Positions 35,340-39,130 of a stretch of DNA of 39,130 bases are shown here, in pieces. The notes below the pieces were generated by a model, which worked only from the letters and a program-made list of their open reading frames with translations, was not told the DNA's origin and ran no database searches. The translations under genes were made by a program, and so were the position numbers. Each line of letters opens with the position of its first letter. The stretch's first letter is position 1. This DNA comes from Nitrososphaerota archaeon (GTDB lineage Archaea > Thermoproteota > Nitrososphaeria_A > Caldarchaeales > Calditenuaceae), in contig JAWBQR010000010.1 of the NCBI GenBank assembly GCA_038845265.1, forward strand, positions 1-39,130. Direction: 5' to 3'.

Positions 35340-36536
35340 CTAAATAGATTTAGCGCTAACGGAGTCCAGAGTCATAGGAATATTCCAAGAGACAAGATGT
35401 TCAGACGGGTCTTTCAAGGCGTTTCCAGTAAGTATACATACAGCGATCTCGTCTCTCCCTATTTTTCCTTCATCTACGAGTTTTTTAAGCCCAGCGATGG
35501 TCGAGGCCCCGGCCGGCTCGCAGGCCACCCCCTCCACAGTCGCGAGGAGCCTGAGGCTCTTCAGGATCTCATCGTCAGTTACGCTCACAGCTGTCCCGTC
35601 AGATTCCCTGATCGCCCTGATGCCCTTCTTCCAATTAACTGGCTTACCGATCCTGATAGCGGTAGCTACTGTCTCAGGACTATCCCAGAACCTGATGGTG
35701 GAATAGTTATTCATGAGCATCTCGACTATCGGAGCTGCTCCACTGGCCTGGACCCCGATAAGCCTGGGAAAATCATCAATAACGCCATACTGCTGAAGCT
35801 CCTTAAAGCCCTTCCATATCGCCGAGATGTTCCCAGAATTCCCAACAGGCACCACCACGTTAATATCAGTCCTGCCGAGCTGCTCCCAGATCTCGAAGGA
35901 AACCGTCTTCTGACCCTCAATCCTCCAGGGATTAATAGAATTCAACAAGTATGCACCCATTTCAGACGCGCTCCTAAAAGCAATGCTCAACGCCTCATCG
36001 AAGTTCCCCCTAACCTGATACACCTTTGCGCCATGAATCCTAGCTTGGAAAAGCTTACCAAGAGCAACCCTCCCCTCAGGAATCAAGACAACACACTCAA
36101 GACCAGCCCTAGCAGAATACGCAGCCAACGAGGCAGAAGTATTACCCGTCGATGCACACATAACCCTACGAGCACCAACACTCAAGGCCATCGAGACACC
36201 AACACTCATCCCCCTATCCTTAAAGCTCCCAGTCGGGTTGAGACCCTCCAACTTGAGGAACAACTCTCTAACACCTACAATCTTCGCGAGCCTCTCACAC
36301 TTTACGAGACGAGTAAAGCCCTCACCCAGACTCACAACTCCATCTCCAAAATCAGGAAGAAGCTCAGCATACCTCCAGATACTCTCAACCCTACCCCTCA
36401 AAGACTCACGACGAAAAACCTCATCAACATCAACCACCACGTCCAGAAGATCATCACATCTCGGACACCTATAGATAACAACATCTCCACTATACTCTGC
36501 ACCACATTCAATGCATCGAAGAAGAAGACGCTTCAT
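35340..36536 (-). CDS. thrC: Threonine synthase
   Basis: N-terminal CIECG..CPRC, SLGEGFT, EGLNPTGSFKDRG, ASTGNTSAS, NSINPWRIEGQKT, PVGNSGN, LTGNALKD. Start ATG at 36536 (track gives 36551). Confidence 0.96.
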   Translation of the reverse strand: MKRLLLRCIECGAEYSGDVVIYRCPRCDDLLDVVVDVDEVFRRESLRGRVESIWRYAELLPDFGDGVVSLGEGFTRLVKCERLAKIVGVRELFLKLEGLNPTGSFKDRGMSVGVSMALSVGARRVMCASTGNTSASLAAYSARAGLECVVLIPEGRVALGKLFQARIHGAKVYQVRGNFDEALSIAFRSASEMGAYLLNSINPWRIEGQKTVSFEIWEQLGRTDINVVVPVGNSGNISAIWKGFKELQQYGVIDDFPRLIGVQASGAAPIVEMLMNNYSTIRFWDSPETVATAIRIGKPVNWKKGIRAIRESDGTAVSVTDDEILKSLRLLATVEGVACEPAGASTIAGLKKLVDEGKIGRDEIAVCILTGNALKDPSEHLVSWNIPMTLDSVSAKSI

Positions 36537-36554
36537 AAAACAACTACCCAAAAA

Positions 36555-36722
36555 TCAGCTCAACAACGCCAAAACACTCGCAACCAAGAGCAACAATATT
36601 ACAAAGAAAAAAACGGCAGGAAAGACAGAGGCAACACCAAACTCGACACTAACAAAATCAAACAAGAGCCTCAAAGACAACACAAGTCCAAGAACACCGA
36701 GAACCTTAGCCACAATCCTCAA
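36555..36722 (-). CDS. Putative 55-aa two-TM microprotein
   Basis: MRIVAKVLGVLGLVLSLRLLFDFVSVEFGVASVFPAVFFFVILLLLVASVLALLS fills the gap before thrC; its TTG start overlaps the upstream stop (TTGA). The GT-rich strand favours spurious hydrophobic ORFs. Confidence 0.5.
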   Translation of the reverse strand: MRIVAKVLGVLGLVLSLRLLFDFVSVEFGVASVFPAVFFFVILLLLVASVLALLS

Positions 36723-36805
36723 GACAACCGCAACCCGAGGAGTAGCCAAACAGCAAACCCACCCAAAACCAAACCAACAAACCACGATTTAAGCCTGAAC
36801 AACAC
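36719..36805 (-). CDS. Putative 28-aa single-TM microprotein
   Basis: MLFRLKSWFVGLVLGGFAVWLLLGLRLS from GTG at 36805, about 23 nt downstream of TATTTAAG (36835-36828). Confidence 0.3.
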   Translation of the reverse strand: MLFRLKSWFVGLVLGGFAVWLLLGLRLS

Positions 36806-36870
36806 CAGAAAAATAAATAAACAACAACTTAAATATCCATCAATAATAAAAAATACTAGAAAAACCTCAA

Positions 36871-36945
36871 GGGCCCGTGGCCTAGTATGGATAAGGCGGC
36901 GGCCTCCTAAGCCGCAGATCGTGGGTTCAAGTCCCACCGGGCCCG
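36871..36945 (+). tRNA. tRNA-Arg (CCU), intronless, CCA not encoded
   Basis: GGGCCCG TG GCCT AGTATGGATA AGGC G GCGGC CT-CCT-AA GCCGC AGATC GTGGG TTCAAGT CCCAC CGGGCCC G. Confidence 0.98.
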
Positions 36946-36955
36946 TAGAAAGCAA

Positions 36956-38485
36956 TCATTCAGACTTACTCGTTACTTCTAAATCTAAGTTCAACTCCCT
37001 ACAAAGTCTAAATAATCTACGTTGGCAACGCTTTACGTATACCTTCATGTACTCCGGAGGGATGCGAACCCTCAAAACATTACCCTCTAGCCTAAAATCA
37101 TATCCACGTACATGCTTACCCAAAACGCTCGAGACTAAACTACCGACCCTGCCCTCCTCAGACCGTACACCACCCTCGACAGGCACAATAAAGGTCCTCT
37201 CACCAAACACATACAACTCATACTCAACCTCACCACTAAGAAAATTCCGAACCAGAACCGTAGGCCTAGAAAGATCAGCCTTCTTCAACCCCATCGGAAC
37301 CTTAACAACCATCTCAAGAACATAGATCTTAGAAACCTCCCCATGATCCATAAAAATCACCGTATCAATAATCGACGGCAAAACACCAATCTCAACCCTA
37401 TTAGCAATACGCTGAATAGCATCAATCGGAGTCGTCGCATGAATAACACCAACCATACCAATACCAGCAAGACGAAGATCAATAAAGATCTCAAAATCCT
37501 CAGGCCCACGCATCTCATCAAAAACAGTATAATCAGGCCTACTCAACAACAAAACATCATACAACTCACCCTCCTTAGCCGCACTCTTAGAATACTGAGT
37601 AACATCAGAAGGAAGCTGCAAATCACGCGGACTCTCAATCGTCTTAACCACCCTCCTCAAATTCCTATAATGCTCAGCAAGCGCCTGCGCAAAAGTCGTC
37701 TTACCCATACCAGGCGGACCAGCAATCAGAATTCCCTCGGCCCTCTCCACGAGTCTATTGAGCAGAACATCAGGCAAGTTATAATCCTCAAGACTCTTAT
37801 GCACTATCGGCTTCACAATCGTGACCTCAAGACCATCACTAAACGGAGGCCTAGTAATCACGACCCTATAATCACGAAGCTGAAGTATCGTGGCACCACG
37901 CTTATTTACCTCAAGAAAAGACTCTCTACCATACTCAGCATATACCTGCTCCATAAGCTGGGCAATAATCAACTCAAGCTTCTCCCGACTCATCGGCACA
38001 CTCGAGATCTCCTCAAAATACCAGTTTCCAGGCTTACCCCTCTTAACACGCGGATTGACACCCTCCTTAAGATGAAGCGACATTACACCGTCAGTAAACA
38101 ACTTATCGATCTCTATCAACCCCTTAGGAGCAGCATACAAAACATTAATCCCCATCGCTTCACATACCTTAGCCATGATGGGATCTGAAGTAACGATCGT
38201 ACCCCCCATCGAGGAGGCCAATTCTCTTAACGCGCTCCTAACATCACCCTCAAAGTCATCCCTACCAACGAACTCCAACTCCACATCCATCCTCTCACAG
38301 ATTGCCCTAAGAGAGATGAGTGCATTAATTCCAGCATCATCACCATTTGCAAGCTTTTCCTCAAGATCCCTAAGAAGACACTTATGAATAAGCACCTTAT
38401 TCCTAATCTTACCCTCCTCCACCAGCCTCTCCACTAACCTAGAATTGAGAGCCAGCTCATCCGGAATGTATAACCCTTCTGACAC
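36956..38485 (-). CDS. PINA-type ATPase (PIN domain + VirB11/PilT-like ATPase + KH-like C-terminus)
   Basis: TIVTSD (PIN), MSLHLKEG, YRVVITRPPFSDGLEVT, AEGILIAGPPGMGKTTFAQALA, KTIESPRDL, RPDYTVFDEMR, GMVGVIHA. Confidence 0.93.
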   Translation of the reverse strand: MSEGLYIPDELALNSRLVERLVEEGKIRNKVLIHKCLLRDLEEKLANGDDAGINALISLRAICERMDVELEFVGRDDFEGDVRSALRELASSMGGTIVTSDPIMAKVCEAMGINVLYAAPKGLIEIDKLFTDGVMSLHLKEGVNPRVKRGKPGNWYFEEISSVPMSREKLELIIAQLMEQVYAEYGRESFLEVNKRGATILQLRDYRVVITRPPFSDGLEVTIVKPIVHKSLEDYNLPDVLLNRLVERAEGILIAGPPGMGKTTFAQALAEHYRNLRRVVKTIESPRDLQLPSDVTQYSKSAAKEGELYDVLLLSRPDYTVFDEMRGPEDFEIFIDLRLAGIGMVGVIHATTPIDAIQRIANRVEIGVLPSIIDTVIFMDHGEVSKIYVLEMVVKVPMGLKKADLSRPTVLVRNFLSGEVEYELYVFGERTFIVPVEGGVRSEEGRVGSLVSSVLGKHVRGYDFRLEGNVLRVRIPPEYMKVYVKRCQRRLFRLCRELNLDLEVTSKSE

Positions 38486-38651
38486 GTCAAGGACTAATAA
38501 TAACTGTATAGCACTGATTAATTGGTTTTTCTTCAGGCATCAAAAAAGCCAATAATGCATAAAAAAGGCAGATTTTATTTAGTTTGAATTCATATGTTAA
38601 TACCGCTACGGTAACGCCGTAAAAATAGACTGGTCTTTCCGCGCCACATGA

Positions 38652-38684
38652 AATAAAGATAATATCATAAGAAGCATCTTTATT
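38652..38684. promoter_or_regulatory. Inverted repeat AATAAAGAT-N15-ATCTTTATT upstream of the TorD/DmsD chaperone gene
   Basis: Perfect 9-bp arms; the right arm contains TTTATT, a TATA-like element 32-38 nt before the ATG. Confidence 0.4.
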
Positions 38685-38715
38685 AGTATGCAGCATTATA
38701 GATATCCTGTAAATC

Positions 38716-39130
38716 ATGATTTCCAAGGAAGAATTTTTAAGTCTACTAAACAATAGACGTGTAATATACTGGATATTGGCAAGGATCTGTGAGAGAGAGA
38801 TAAAAGACCAGTTCTTAAGGGAGTTCATAAGCGAGAACAATCCAATATTAAAATTGGATAGTTTATCAGATATTGATCCAGAAATTATGCAAGGAATAGA
38901 GATGATTAAAAATTATGTTGCAAACGCTGTTAAACGCGACCTAAAAGAAGTTGAACTAGAACTTGCAGTTGACTATGCTAACGTATTTCTAGGGGTTAAA
39001 AAGAAGCCACCACATCCATCCGAGTCGGTCTATAAGACTGGGCTATTAATGCAAGAACCATATGACGAAGTACTGCATGCATATTGGGAAGCGGGTGTTG
39101 ATGTAGTAAAAGACTTTAAAGAACCAGCTG
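38716..39130 (+). CDS. TorD/DmsD family redox-enzyme maturation chaperone; 3' end runs off the window
   Basis: Not in the ORF track. MISKEEFLSLLNNRRVIYWILAR...ELAVDYANVFLG...PHPSESVYKTGLLMQEP...YWEAG...FKEPA, truncated just before the expected DH of the EPxDH motif. Confidence 0.9.
   Translation, partial: MISKEEFLSLLNNRRVIYWILARICEREIKDQFLREFISENNPILKLDSLSDIDPEIMQGIEMIKNYVANAVKRDLKEVELELAVDYANVFLGVKKKPPHPSESVYKTGLLMQEPYDEVLHAYWEAGVDVVKDFKEPA

Noticed and set aside
36549-36557. Single in-frame TGA between the 55-aa ORF and thrC (possible Sec or readthrough fusion)
   Set aside because: In-frame placement has a 1-in-3 chance, thrC has its own normal N-terminus, the codon is not at a catalytic Cys position, and no SECIS-like element is evident.
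35241-36945. Integrated element bounded by the two tRNAs
   Set aside because: No integrase and no duplicated tRNA 3' end were seen; the content is housekeeping (thrC).
35082-37325. 747-aa + strand ORF
   Set aside because: It crosses two tRNAs and is codon-aligned antisense to thrC. It stays open because the + strand is T-poor and thrC avoids TTA/CTA/TCA codons. The product is low-complexity N/T/P/K/Q with no motifs.
37343-38188. 281-aa + strand ORF
   Set aside because: Codon-aligned antisense shadow of PINA; same skew artefact.
38490-38715. Replication origin at the skew boundary
   Set aside because: It is AT-rich, but no repeated ORB-like TTCCAxxGAAA..GGGG elements are visible and no cdc6/orc1 gene is in the window. 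It cannot be supported from sequence alone.
38487-38840. 117-aa - strand ORF
   Set aside because: It overlaps the TorD/DmsD gene on the opposite strand and the AT-rich promoter region, and has no recognisable motif.

Overview
Gene-dense housekeeping region of a thermophilic archaeon. By inference it belongs to Thermoproteota/Nitrososphaeria, probably Caldarchaeales ('Aigarchaeota'): it has Smc-ScpAB together with Alba, a TACK-type tRNA-Ala D-stem, a tail-less uL10 and a di-myo-inositol-phosphate synthase. I call about 36 CDSs and two intronless tRNAs (Ala-UGC, Arg-CCU). Three CDSs are missing from the ORF track: nnrD at the left edge, secE, and a TorD/DmsD chaperone at the right edge. I found no CRISPR array, transposase or integrase. 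Main oddities: (1) the secE-spt5-L11-L1-L10-L12-alaS operon keeps its order but rpl1 and the rpl12-alaS block are inverted; (2) the SMC hinge has lost the GG of its GX6GX3GG motif and carries a C-x4-C-x2-C cluster; (3) the IPCT/DIPPS enzyme carries an extra ~190-aa multi-pass membrane domain; (4) a motif-degenerate pelota is translationally coupled to a Pol-beta-family nucleotidyltransferase next to dnaG; (5) a Thr-rich anchored surface protein has mirror-placed 11-residue PG repeats; (6) patches of extreme A+C versus G+T strand skew do not follow gene direction; (7) several subunits of multi-subunit complexes occur as orphans. All functional calls come from motif recognition by eye; no searches were run.
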